64,000 nucleotides of DNA from an uncultured Acidimicrobiaceae bacterium (GTDB lineage Bacteria > Actinomycetota > Acidimicrobiia > Spongiisociales > UBA5794). Numbering within the stretch: position 1 is the stretch's first letter; every line of letters starts with the position of its first letter. The DNA is taken from the NCBI GenBank assembly GCA_964397045.1, contig CAYNHF010000021.1:17653-81652 (forward strand), in the 5' to 3' direction. The notes beneath the pieces are model-generated. The model was not told where the DNA came from. It saw only the letters and a program-made list of their open reading frames with translations, and made no database searches. The position numbers and the translations under genes were made by a program. Below are positions 47,378-57,182 of the stretch, piece by piece.

Positions 47378-48640
47378 ATGACTACCACCGCCGACCCGGC
47401 ACAGAGCGACCAACTGATCCGCGGCTACAAGTTCAACTGGGTCGACACTTTCCTGACGGTCGTCCGGGTCGTTGCGCTGTTCGTGCTCGCGTGGGGCTTG
47501 ATTGGTGCTCTCGGTCTTGGTCTTGCCGGCGAAGGCCTGGGTTGGTCTGCGATCCAAGACCTGATCGTTGCCGGGGTCGCCCAGGGCTCCATGTACGGCC
47601 TGCTGGCACTCGGCTACTCGATGGTTTACGGCATTCTTGGATTCATCAACTTCGCCCACGGCGAAGTGTTCATGTCCGGGGCAATGGTGGGGTTCTTCGT
47701 CGCCAACGCCTTCTTCGACTCCGGCCTGTGGGAGTCGAATTTCATCCTCGCCATCTTGATCGTGACAGGCGTCGCGATCGCCACGTCGACGTTGACCGCC
47801 GTGATCATCGAACGGGTTGCGTATCGGCCGCTCCGTAATGCGCCCCGGCTCATCCCGCTGATTACCTCGATCGGAATCTCGTTCTTCATTCAGTACGCAT
47901 ACTTCGGACTGTTCGGACCAGCCGTCAGGACGTACCCGCCGATGCCGGAGTGGCTCTCGGACGACGTGTCGATTCTTGGCTTCGACATCCAGGGCACCAA
48001 GCTGCTGGTCATCGTGATCGGCTTGGTGTCGATGGTGGGTCTGTGGCTGTTCGTCGAGCGCACCAAAGTCGGTAGAGCCATGCGCGCGGTGGCGGAAGAC
48101 AAAGAGATCGCAGCGCTCATGGGCATCGACGTCGATCGGACGATCGTCGTCACGTTTGCGGTTGGTGGTGCGATGGCCGGGATCGCGGCAATCTTGTGGG
48201 CGATGCTCTTTCGCGGCGTATGGTTCCTGGTCGGCTTCCTGCCGGGCATCAAGGCGTTTACGGCAGCTGTACTGGGGGGCATCGGCAATATCGTCGGCGC
48301 CATGCTCGGCGGCCTCACCCTCGGCCTCTTCGAGGCGCTCGGACCCAACATCGTGCTGCGGGGATTGGCGTACCGGATTCCCTACGGCCTGGGGTTGGCG
48401 CTTGCTCTCGCCGGCCTAGCCGTTATGGCCTGGGCTGCGATCAATCGCCGGTACACCATCACGGCACTCGGAGGTGTGTCGTTGCTCCTGGGTATCGCCG
48501 GCATCGCAGGTTGGTCCATGACCATCTCCAGCCTCACCCAGCTCAAGGATGTTGTTGCCTTCTCTGCGCTGGTTCTCGTGCTCATCTTCAAGCCGACCGG
48601 CTTGCTGGGTGAACAGTTATCAGAAACGGACCGCACCTGA
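47378..48640 (+). CDS. livH: branched-chain amino acid ABC permease
   Basis: LALGYSMVYG..INFAHGE, GRAMRAVAED, KAFTAAVLGGIG. Confidence 0.9.
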   Translation: MTTTADPAQSDQLIRGYKFNWVDTFLTVVRVVALFVLAWGLIGALGLGLAGEGLGWSAIQDLIVAGVAQGSMYGLLALGYSMVYGILGFINFAHGEVFMSGAMVGFFVANAFFDSGLWESNFILAILIVTGVAIATSTLTAVIIERVAYRPLRNAPRLIPLITSIGISFFIQYAYFGLFGPAVRTYPPMPEWLSDDVSILGFDIQGTKLLVIVIGLVSMVGLWLFVERTKVGRAMRAVAEDKEIAALMGIDVDRTIVVTFAVGGAMAGIAAILWAMLFRGVWFLVGFLPGIKAFTAAVLGGIGNIVGAMLGGLTLGLFEALGPNIVLRGLAYRIPYGLGLALALAGLAVMAWAAINRRYTITALGGVSLLLGIAGIAGWSMTISSLTQLKDVVAFSALVLVLIFKPTGLLGEQLSETDRT

Positions 48641-50463
48641 TGGCCGTCGACGCCACACCCGCTGTGTCCCAGTCTGCCGACGATTTCGATATGGGTCGAG
48701 CCCTGAAATGGGGGGCACTGGGTGGACTCAGCATGTCGTTTGCCGCCGCCATCGGCATGGTCGAAACCCTGGACAAACGAACGGTCATCGACCCGATCCT
48801 GTCCCTCGGATTCCTGGCTCTCATCTGGGCACCAGTGGTGTACGCCTACATCGCCTCAAACGAGGAAGAGCTCGAAGGAGTGGAAACTCGCGAGAAGGGT
48901 GGCCGTGAACTCGGCACCGGGGTAATCGTCGGCGCCCTATCAGGTTTGCTGTTCGGCCTGTTCATCGTCTTCATAGACAGATTCGACCTGCGTGAGGTCT
49001 TCCCCAATCTCTCCGATGCCCTGGTCGATCTACTGACCTTCGGGCGAGGGCTCGGCACCGGGGTCGCGCTGTGGGTGCTGGGCTCCATCCTGTTGGGGCT
49101 CGTCGGGGGGGCGCTCCACCTACTCACCTCGCGCCTCCGTTCAGCGCTCATCGTCGGCGTGATTTGGACGTTCGGCATCGCGCTGGCGCAGATCGCCGTG
49201 ACCGGTCTGCTCGAAGGAGTCGGCCTCGACTCCCTCGTCGACTGGCTGTACGCCGGTACCGGCGGCTTGACCATTGCCGCAGCGGTGGTGATCTTCGTCG
49301 TGGCTGCCGCGTCGAGATATCGCTCCATCGGATCCACTACCAGCTTCAGGGACCGCTACCAGAACCTGGATGCGCCGCGGCGCAACGAGGTCAACATTGT
49401 GATCTTTGGGCTGGTGGCCCTGGCCTTCATCCTTCTTCCGATGATCATGGGGACGCTCGTCAACGAACTGTTCGCCAACGTCGGGCTGTTCCTCATGATG
49501 GCGCTCGGCTTGAACATCGTCGTCGGCTACGCAGGGATGCTCGACCTGGGTTACGTAGCATTCTTCGCGGTGGGTGCATACACCACCGCGGTGCTCACCT
49601 CGCCCGGTTCGCCGTTCCTGACGCCCGAGCTGACACTCGACTTCGTAAGTCTGGAGGGCTTCGTCATTGTCGTCGTGGTGCTCATGGTCTCTGCCCTCGC
49701 TGGTGTCCTCGTGGGTACTCCTGTGATCAGGCTGCGTGGGGACTATCTGGCGATCGTTACGCTCGGATTTGGCGAGATCGTTCGCATCCTCTTCCTCTCC
49801 GACTGGTCGTCTGGCCTTTTCGGAGGTGCCCAGGGCATTATCAACATCCCCTCAGCCGAATTGGGGCCGGTGGTGATCAAGGGAACCAGCCCGCAAGCGA
49901 TTCTCTATCTGGCGGGGTTCTTCGTTGCCATCGCGATCTACGTGTCGTGGCGGCTGCAGAGTTCGCGCGTCGGTAGGGCATGGGCGGCCATTCGTGAAGA
50001 CGAGGACGTGGCTGCGACCATGGGTATCAACCCGGTGACGACCAAGCTGTTGGCCTTCGTCATCGGGGCGATCATCGCCGGGATGGGTGGCATGGTGTTT
50101 GCCGTCAAGGTGGGCTCGGTATTCCCGATCAGCTTCCGGCTCCTGGTTTCGCTGATTGTGCTCGTGGTGGTGATCGTTGGCGGCATGGGCAGCATTCCCG
50201 GCGTGATCGTTGGTGCGGTCGTATTGATCGGGGTGCTCGGTGGGCCGACTCAGCCTGGCCTGCTGGCCGAGTTCCAGGAGTACAAGCTTCTCATCTACGG
50301 CCTGTTGCTGATCCTGATGATGCTGAAGCGTCCGGAGGGCCTCATCCCGAGCAGAAGACGGCAGATCGAATTGCACCAGGACGAGTTCTATCAGGATGCC
50401 TGGCTGGACAAGGCCACGCGAGAAGAGGCCAATCCGGACGATCCCGCGTTGGAGGATGCCTGA
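48640..50463 (+). CDS. livM: branched-chain amino acid ABC permease with long N-terminal membrane extension
   Basis: LGLNIVVGYAGMLDLGY, LRGDYLAIVTLGFGEI, GRAWAAIREDE. Confidence 0.9.
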   Translation: MAVDATPAVSQSADDFDMGRALKWGALGGLSMSFAAAIGMVETLDKRTVIDPILSLGFLALIWAPVVYAYIASNEEELEGVETREKGGRELGTGVIVGALSGLLFGLFIVFIDRFDLREVFPNLSDALVDLLTFGRGLGTGVALWVLGSILLGLVGGALHLLTSRLRSALIVGVIWTFGIALAQIAVTGLLEGVGLDSLVDWLYAGTGGLTIAAAVVIFVVAAASRYRSIGSTTSFRDRYQNLDAPRRNEVNIVIFGLVALAFILLPMIMGTLVNELFANVGLFLMMALGLNIVVGYAGMLDLGYVAFFAVGAYTTAVLTSPGSPFLTPELTLDFVSLEGFVIVVVVLMVSALAGVLVGTPVIRLRGDYLAIVTLGFGEIVRILFLSDWSSGLFGGAQGIINIPSAELGPVVIKGTSPQAILYLAGFFVAIAIYVSWRLQSSRVGRAWAAIREDEDVAATMGINPVTTKLLAFVIGAIIAGMGGMVFAVKVGSVFPISFRLLVSLIVLVVVIVGGMGSIPGVIVGAVVLIGVLGGPTQPGLLAEFQEYKLLIYGLLLILMMLKRPEGLIPSRRRQIELHQDEFYQDAWLDKATREEANPDDPALEDA

Positions 50464-51266
50464 TGCCCCTCCTCGAAACCAAAGCATTGCGTGTCGATTT
50501 CGGCGGGGTGCAGGCACTCGGTGGAGTCGACTTCCATGTTGACGAGGGTGAAATCGTCAGTGTCATCGGGCCGAACGGTGCAGGTAAGACCACGTTCTTC
50601 AATGCGATCTCGGGTTTGGTGACACCGGACACGGGCGAGATCATCTTCGACGATCAGGACATTGCAGGCCTCGAGCCCAACGAGATTTCTGTGATGGGCA
50701 TTGCGCGGACGTTCCAGAACGTCCGCCTGTTCCCGAACCTCACGGTGATGGAAAATGTGATGGTTGCCCAGCACGCCAACACCAAGGCCGGAGTGTTTGC
50801 CGCTCTCTTCAACACCCCCAACTTCCGTCGTGAGGAGACGGAGATCCGGGAGAATGCCAAGAAGACGCTGTCGTTTTTCGGCACCCGCCTCATGGGATAC
50901 CGCTTCGACCAGCCGGCCTTCGTGCTTTCTTACGCCAACCGACGCCGCCTCGAGATTGCCAGGGCCATGGCTACCGACCCGCAACTGCTGCTGCTGGATG
51001 AGCCGACCGCGGGAATGAACCCTGCGGAAACGGGAGAACTGACCGGGCTCATCCGAAAGCTTCGCGACGAGAAGGGATTCACCGTGGTGGTGATCGAGCA
51101 TGCGATGCCCGTCGTTCGCGACGTGTCCGATCGTGTTGTTGTGCTCGACCACGGGGTGAAGATCGCGGAGGGTGACTACGAATACGTGTCGACGAACGAT
51201 GATGTCATTGAGGCCTACCTGGGCCGCTCCGACGCCGGCCATGGAGAGTCGGTGGACGCTGAATGA
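50463..51266 (+). CDS. livG: ABC ATP-binding protein
   Basis: GPNGAGKT, RTFQN, LLDEPTAG, IEH. Confidence 0.92.
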   Translation: MPLLETKALRVDFGGVQALGGVDFHVDEGEIVSVIGPNGAGKTTFFNAISGLVTPDTGEIIFDDQDIAGLEPNEISVMGIARTFQNVRLFPNLTVMENVMVAQHANTKAGVFAALFNTPNFRREETEIRENAKKTLSFFGTRLMGYRFDQPAFVLSYANRRRLEIARAMATDPQLLLLDEPTAGMNPAETGELTGLIRKLRDEKGFTVVVIEHAMPVVRDVSDRVVVLDHGVKIAEGDYEYVSTNDDVIEAYLGRSDAGHGESVDAE

Positions 51267-51991
51267 GCGATTCGCAGCCGGTTCTCGAGTTCCGTCACGT
51301 GAACACTCACTACGGGCCTGCTCATATTCTCAGGAACGTCAATCTTCACATCAACAATGGCGAGATCGTGTGTCTCCTCGGAGGCAATGCCAGCGGAAAG
51401 ACCACAACGCTCAAGACGGTGCTGGGCATGGTGGTCCCGTCGAGCGGTGAAGTGGTACTCGATGGCGAGGTGATTTCTGGTCGAACCACCGCAGATATCG
51501 TCAGCCGCGGGGTATCGATGGTCCCCGAGAACCGGCGACTCTTCAAGCGGATGACGGTGAAGGAGAATCTGGAGATCGGAGCGTACCTGCGCGAGGACAA
51601 AGAGAACTTTGCCGCTGACTACGAGCATATCTACGAGATGTTCCCTCGCGTGAAGGAGCGCCTCAACCAGAAGGCAGGCACGCTGTCTGGCGGAGAACAG
51701 CAGATGGTTGCCGTCGGTCGGGCTTTGATGGCGAAGCCGAAGGTGCTGCTGATGGATGAGCCGTCCATGGGTTTGGCCCCGGTCCTCGTGGAGCAGAACT
51801 TCGAGATCATCCAGCGGATCAACGAAGCGGGGACCACCGTGTTCGTGGTCGAGCAGAACGCCAACATGGCGCTGTCGATCGCCGACCGGGGTTATGTGCT
51901 TCAGACCGGTGAAATCGTGCTGTCTGATACCGCAGCCGACCTGCTCGCCAACCCCGACATGCGCAAGGCCTACCTCGGCGAGGTCGACTGA
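51263..51991 (+). CDS. livF: ABC ATP-binding protein
   Basis: GGNASGKT, LSGGEQQM, MDEPSMGLAP, VEQN. Confidence 0.92.
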   Translation: MSDSQPVLEFRHVNTHYGPAHILRNVNLHINNGEIVCLLGGNASGKTTTLKTVLGMVVPSSGEVVLDGEVISGRTTADIVSRGVSMVPENRRLFKRMTVKENLEIGAYLREDKENFAADYEHIYEMFPRVKERLNQKAGTLSGGEQQMVAVGRALMAKPKVLLMDEPSMGLAPVLVEQNFEIIQRINEAGTTVFVVEQNANMALSIADRGYVLQTGEIVLSDTAADLLANPDMRKAYLGEVD

Positions 51992-52092
51992 ACCGCTGGC
52001 GCACGCCGATCGCGGCTTGTGATTTCTTTCCGCTGGAAGGTACAGCCAACCGCGTGTACGTTGGCCGCAGGCGGACATGAGGAGAGCGAACC

Positions 52093-52527
52093 ATGCAACG
52101 GACCGTGGCGCGGGTGCTCGAGGAGAAGGAGAGCGGGGACGTCCTCGGAACGTCGCCCGATGCCTCCGTGTACGAAGCCCTCGAGATGATGGCAGCCGAG
52201 AATGTCGGGGCGCTCATTGTTCTCGAGGAAGGGCGCCTGGTGGGCATCCTGTCGGAAAGGGACTACGCCCGCAAGGTCATCCTCCTGAATCGGGGATCGC
52301 GGGACACGAAGGTGTCCGAGATCATGACCGAGAAAGTGCTGACGGTGACCCCAGACCAGACCATGGACGACTGCATGAGCATGATGACCGCCCGGCGAAT
52401 CCGCCATCTCCCAGTGGTCGACGGTACCGATGTCGTCGGCGTGGTCTCGATTGGAGATGTCGTACGCGCCGTCATCGAAGAGCAGCGGTTCATGATCGAA
52501 CAGCTCGAAAGCTACATCACCGGCTGA
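52093..52527 (+). CDS. CBS-pair protein
   Basis: GILSERDYARK, VSEIMT, RHLPVVD, SIGDVV. Confidence 0.9.
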   Translation: MQRTVARVLEEKESGDVLGTSPDASVYEALEMMAAENVGALIVLEEGRLVGILSERDYARKVILLNRGSRDTKVSEIMTEKVLTVTPDQTMDDCMSMMTARRIRHLPVVDGTDVVGVVSIGDVVRAVIEEQRFMIEQLESYITG

Positions 52528-52548
52528 GACTCGGCTCGACCTGGTGCC

Positions 52549-52869
52549 TCAGGCACCGCGCCCGGCGAAAACCTCTGCGTCGAAGGGTTCGATCATGATG
52601 CACTCGCCAGGGCATTCCTCAGCAGATTCAACCACCAGGTCGGTCAAGCTGTCTGGAACGCGGGCTACGCCGCGGGAACCCTCGGGGCCGTGCCCATCGC
52701 CGTCCTCGCCGTCGAAGATGACGTCCTTATCGAAGTAGGCCGAGGTCTCCTTCACTACCCATAGACCGTCGTCGCGGCCCTCGAACACGTCGGGGCAGAT
52801 CTCCTCGCAGATACCGTCTCCGGTACAGAGATCCTGGTCGATCCACACCATCAATTGCGTGTCAGCCAT
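52549..52869 (-). CDS. single-cluster ferredoxin
   Basis: CTGDGICEEICP (CxxDxxCxxxC) and ECPGECI. Confidence 0.88.
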   Translation of the reverse strand: MADTQLMVWIDQDLCTGDGICEEICPDVFEGRDDGLWVVKETSAYFDKDVIFDGEDGDGHGPEGSRGVARVPDSLTDLVVESAEECPGECIMIEPFDAEVFAGRGA

Positions 52870-52981
52870 TGCGTCCTCATATCGATGAACTGAGTGCTGG
52901 AGACTACCCCCTCCTGAGCCGCTAGCCCAAGATCACCCGGGTGGTCGGTCGGACCGCGGTTGGTCTCGCCGGCGGTCTCCG

Positions 52982-53770
52982 CTAACCGGCCAGGGTTCCG
53001 GCGAATACCTGCCACGCCAGGAGCGACTTGGCGACGAGGCTGAGCAGGATGTAGACCGATTCTCCGAAGAGGTAGTCACGCCACCTACCAACCTGGCGGT
53101 ACTGGAGCACCATGTTGATGGCGAAGCTATTGAAGAAGATAAACAGTGAGAAGAAGATCCCGTAGACGAAGCCGGGAGGAGACGCGTCTGTGGTCGGGCT
53201 GAAGAGATAGACGGCGATGGCGATCCAGGGCACCGCTCCGGCGATCACGCCGAACCAGTAGGAGAGCCAGTTCGGACGGCCCGGATTCTCGTACTTCTCC
53301 ATCAGCAGGCCAAAGAGGATCATCGAGGCGTTGACGCCGGCCAGGGCGATCAGCGCGGCGATGTCGTTGATCCCGGTGAGCATGGCGATCAACACGATCA
53401 TCAGGGACGAGCTGAACGAATACTCGATCCACCGGGCGTAGTTGCGGTCCTTGAGCAGGTTTGCCTTGTACCAGGGGAACACGCCGGGCGAGGCGATGAT
53501 GAAGTGGGCAGCCGCCGACATGAAGAGGAACAGCGCAACCCCCCAGGCGAGGCTCACGGTGAAGAGTTCGGTGTAGGTCGGATCGGTCACGCCGGGGGGC
53601 CCATTCAGGAACGTGGCACCGACCGGGAGGGAAAAGTCGGTCGCCAACACCAGAATGAGGACGCCCTGCAGGAGATGCAGCGTGCCCATCAGCACGTTGT
53701 AGCGACGTAGCCGGGTGAAGCGGCCCTCCGGGACTGCGAGGGCCTCCCCGTCGACGGTTTGCGCGGTCAT
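52982..53770 (-). CDS. heliorhodopsin
   Basis: LRRYN...HLLQ, AHF, NYARWIEYS, LSLVAKSLLAWQ (retinal Lys); RBS GAGAGGA; ATG 53770. Confidence 0.93.
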   Translation of the reverse strand: MTAQTVDGEALAVPEGRFTRLRRYNVLMGTLHLLQGVLILVLATDFSLPVGATFLNGPPGVTDPTYTELFTVSLAWGVALFLFMSAAAHFIIASPGVFPWYKANLLKDRNYARWIEYSFSSSLMIVLIAMLTGINDIAALIALAGVNASMILFGLLMEKYENPGRPNWLSYWFGVIAGAVPWIAIAVYLFSPTTDASPPGFVYGIFFSLFIFFNSFAINMVLQYRQVGRWRDYLFGESVYILLSLVAKSLLAWQVFAGTLAG

Positions 53771-53984
53771 CTGAGTCCTCTCGGTGGATCGGGAAACGAT
53801 ACGGGTACGGCGCTGAACGGCAATTCGGATGAGTCCTCGAGGCGCCAACACGGAACCTCTTTGGATCTCCATGTGCGCGCGCTGTCCTGGCACTGCGGCG
53901 ACTCTCAACGACTTCTCGACGACTGGTGTGATCGCAGCAAGGCTTGAGGCCGGCTTTCGATACCGAGTGTCGCAGGCCCGTCGC

Positions 53985-54548
53985 CTACCCGGCTTCTTGG
54001 GGAGGGCATCCGAAGGCGACTCGGACCGCTTCCCTCATCTCGGGGCTGAGCCAGGAGTCGACACCAAAGGATTCGCCCTCTTCGGTAGCGTCGAACTCTG
54101 CCTGGCTGGCGCGGCAGAACGCATACACCTCTTCGAGCACGGCGAGTGAAGCTTCCCCCTCGGGGGTGGCAAGCCACTCGCGATGTTCTGTGACCGCTTC
54201 GAGGGTGGCGACACGAGCGGCCAGGGCTTCATCCGCCTCGGTGATCCTGGTGAACACGTCGATGGCTCCTGTGTGCTGGTCCGTTACCGCGGCAGGCGCA
54301 TCCAGTGCTCGGATGTTCTCCAGGAACTCGTACCGGATCTCGAGTCGACCGTCCCAGTACGCCCGAGCACCGTCCACGGTGGGGGCGTGGGATTCCCACT
54401 GGCTGTCAAGCGACGCAAATTGCGCCTCCATGACTGCGACCAAGTCTTCGACCTGTTCGGCGTACTCCGACACGGTGAGGGTTCCGCCACCACAGGAGGC
54501 CACCATTGCGGCCAGACAAGTGCCGGCCCAGACGCGGCGCATTCGCAT
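53985..54548 (-). CDS. putative lipoprotein
   Basis: Signal ending VASC; helical body with two further Cys. Confidence 0.7.
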   Translation of the reverse strand: MRMRRVWAGTCLAAMVASCGGGTLTVSEYAEQVEDLVAVMEAQFASLDSQWESHAPTVDGARAYWDGRLEIRYEFLENIRALDAPAAVTDQHTGAIDVFTRITEADEALAARVATLEAVTEHREWLATPEGEASLAVLEEVYAFCRASQAEFDATEEGESFGVDSWLSPEMREAVRVAFGCPPQEAG

Positions 54549-54820
54549 CGTGCCATCGTTGGGTGCTCCTGAGCCGCTCGCTAGAGCCGATCGTCACCTG
54601 TAGGAGAAGTCGACGGAGGCCGCGCGTTTCCAGAACCGTTGCAGCTCTGCTTCGTCCCGCCCGCCACTGCACCTCGCGGCGGCACGAGTGATGGCCGCGC
54701 GGGCCGCGAAGCGGGCCGTTGTCCCCTGTCGGGGGCCGCGAAGGAATGCCAGACTGAGGAGCAGCCGAAACCGGTACCGCCGGGGTCGCCGACGGACGAT
54801 TCCCACCGGGAGGGTATGTC

Positions 54821-55435
54821 ATGGGTGACATCGTCGAAGAGACTGCTGAAGAGGCACAACAACCGATGCAAGGGGCGCTTCCTTTCGCAGGCGCTGGATC
54901 GCGTGAGGCCGAAGCGCCGCGTTGGCTCGTGGGGAAGGCGAGTGTTCGTCGGATCGGCCGCTGGTCGTTTCCGCTGTACGAGCTGACCCGGGGTGGGGAG
55001 ACGATCGTTCGCATGGGTCGAACGGGATGGTTCAAGGTCTACTTCGGGAATGGTCAGAAGATCGAACTCGCAGACGGGGAGTTGTGGACGGTCCGGTCGA
55101 TCGGGGCCGGTGGCAGCATTTGCCCAGTGATCGTCGATGCGGCGAGGCGCAAGGTCGCGATGGCGGGTGTGGCGCACGGGACCTACGGCATCAACGGGAA
55201 GGACTACGCATGTGTGCTCTATCCGGCAGAGAAGCCGCGGCTCGGTAGAGCGAACCGGTGGATTCTCCGTCAGTTCGAGGATGAACTGGCAGTCGTCACT
55301 CGCAACCCGCCTTCCGTCGAGGCGCGGCTCCCGGTGCACCTTGGCGCCGCACTGCTGTCTCTCTTCGTGGTGCGTTACCGCCTTCCCGAAGAGTCGACGC
55401 CGAGCGTTCCCGCGTTCCGCTGGGGCCAGAGATAG
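54821..55435 (+). CDS. hypothetical protein
   Basis: GGAGGG RBS; 204-aa open frame with no recognised motif. Confidence 0.6.
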   Translation: MGDIVEETAEEAQQPMQGALPFAGAGSREAEAPRWLVGKASVRRIGRWSFPLYELTRGGETIVRMGRTGWFKVYFGNGQKIELADGELWTVRSIGAGGSICPVIVDAARRKVAMAGVAHGTYGINGKDYACVLYPAEKPRLGRANRWILRQFEDELAVVTRNPPSVEARLPVHLGAALLSLFVVRYRLPEESTPSVPAFRWGQR

Positions 55436-55560
55436 CACCACCGTCACGCGCCCGCGCTGACTCGGCCAGTTCGACAGTTGTCGGCTGTCGAGATGGCAGC
55501 GTGGGGCCGATGGGGCATTCGGCTCTAGGGACCAAGCTCGCTGGGTACTACGGTCGCGAG

Positions 55561-55857
55561 GTGGATTCGAAAGTTCTTGAATCAAGATCGGTTGAGGCCA
55601 GGGCGGCAATCTTCGCCGCTCTCAGCGACCCGCTCCGGCTACGGGTCCTCGACGCGCTTGCTGCCGAAACCCGGTGTGTATGTGAACTCCAGGAGACGGT
55701 GGCGGTAGCCCCAAATCTGCTGTCGTACCACCTGAAGGTCTTGCGCGATGCCGGCCTCGTGGAGGGTTCGAGACGTGGTCGATGGGTTGACTACAGGTTG
55801 ACCGGAACCGCCCGGGACATAATCTGCGAAGCCCTGCCGGCGGGTCTCCTGCCGTGA
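55561..55857 (+). CDS. arsR: ArsR/SmtB repressor with CVC metalloid site
   Basis: ALSDPLRLRVL, RCVCEL, LSYHLKVLRDAGLV; TACGGT 6 nt before GTG; GTGA overlap with acr3. Confidence 0.88.
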   Translation: MDSKVLESRSVEARAAIFAALSDPLRLRVLDALAAETRCVCELQETVAVAPNLLSYHLKVLRDAGLVEGSRRGRWVDYRLTGTARDIICEALPAGLLP

Positions 55858-56918
55858 CCGCCTCCAGGGAGGATCAGGCGGTCCTCGAGCGACTGTCGGT
55901 TCTGGATCGGTTCCTGCCGCTGTGGATCGGGCTGGCGATGCTGCTCGGCCTTGCGCTGGGGCGGCTCGTTCCCCAACTCAATGACGGCCTCGACGCAATG
56001 AAGGTCGGCAACGTGTCATTGCCGATCGCCATCGGGCTGCTGGCCATGATGTACCCGGTGCTGGCGAAGGTTCGCTACACACAACTCGGCACCGTCACCG
56101 CAGACCACACCCTCCTCGGTACCTCGCTGGTGCTCAATTGGGTCATCGGTCCATTGCTGATGTTCGGCCTGGCCTGGCTGCTGCTCCCTGATCTGCCCGC
56201 CTATCGCACCGGGTTGATCATTGTCGGGCTGGCCCGCTGCATCGCCATGGTGCTCATCTGGAACGACCTTGCCTGTGGCGACCGAGAAGTAGCGGCCGTC
56301 CTCGTCGCGCTCAATTCTGTGTTCCAAATCCTGGCGTACGCCCTGTTGGGCTACTTCTATCTCAGCGTCCTCCCTGGCTGGCTTGGGTGGAGCACCGAAA
56401 CCCTCGACATCTCGATGTGGGAGATCGCCCGCGCCGTCCTGATCTTCCTGGGGATCCCGCTCGTCGCGGGGTTCCTCACCCGGCTCTGGGGAGAACACAC
56501 CCACGGCATCGACTGGTACGAGACTCAGTTCCTCCCCAGGATCAGTCCGCTGGCGTTATGGGGTCTGCTGTTCACGGTGGTCCTGCTGTTCGCCTACCAG
56601 GGTGAGGCGATCACCTCCCGCCCCTGGGACGTGGTCCGGATCGCGCTACCGCTGCTCGCCTACTTCGGGATCATGTGGGGTGTGTCTTTTGCTCTCGGGC
56701 TCCGCCTTGGCTTCAGCTACCCGCGGAATACGGCAGTGGCCTTCACCGCCTCGGGCAACAACTTCGAACTCGCTATTGCGGTGGCCATCGGCGTGTTCGG
56801 TATCACCTCGGGTCAGGCGCTCGCCGGCGTCGTCGGCCCTCTCATCGAGGTGCCGGCTCTCGTCGGCCTCGTCTACGTCGCCCTGTGGGCGAGACGGAAG
56901 TTCTACCCGAGCGCGTAG
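55854..56918 (+). CDS. acr3: ACR3-family arsenite efflux transporter
   Basis: LDRFLPLWI, MMYPVLAKV, ARCIAMV, NNFELAIAVA, GPLIEVP. Confidence 0.95.
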   Translation: MTASREDQAVLERLSVLDRFLPLWIGLAMLLGLALGRLVPQLNDGLDAMKVGNVSLPIAIGLLAMMYPVLAKVRYTQLGTVTADHTLLGTSLVLNWVIGPLLMFGLAWLLLPDLPAYRTGLIIVGLARCIAMVLIWNDLACGDREVAAVLVALNSVFQILAYALLGYFYLSVLPGWLGWSTETLDISMWEIARAVLIFLGIPLVAGFLTRLWGEHTHGIDWYETQFLPRISPLALWGLLFTVVLLFAYQGEAITSRPWDVVRIALPLLAYFGIMWGVSFALGLRLGFSYPRNTAVAFTASGNNFELAIAVAIGVFGITSGQALAGVVGPLIEVPALVGLVYVALWARRKFYPSA

Positions 56919-57182
56919 AGCCATCATGACTTGCTCGGAGTGCATTTTCGAGGGGCAGACCGCCTCGGTGTTCCGCGGGTGTTACGAAGGTGACGCCGGG
57001 GGGCGCGCCGACCACGCGACCCGTCGAGTCTCCTGTGGCCGCTTCCCGTGGAGTGGCACTGGTCGCGGGGCCCGATCGGTGGCGCCGAGTCCCGATCGAG
57101 ATTCGGGACTCAATGCCCTGTTGGAGATGTGGGACGTCGGTGATTATCTGGAAGACGTGACCGATCGGGATAGGATCGAAGA

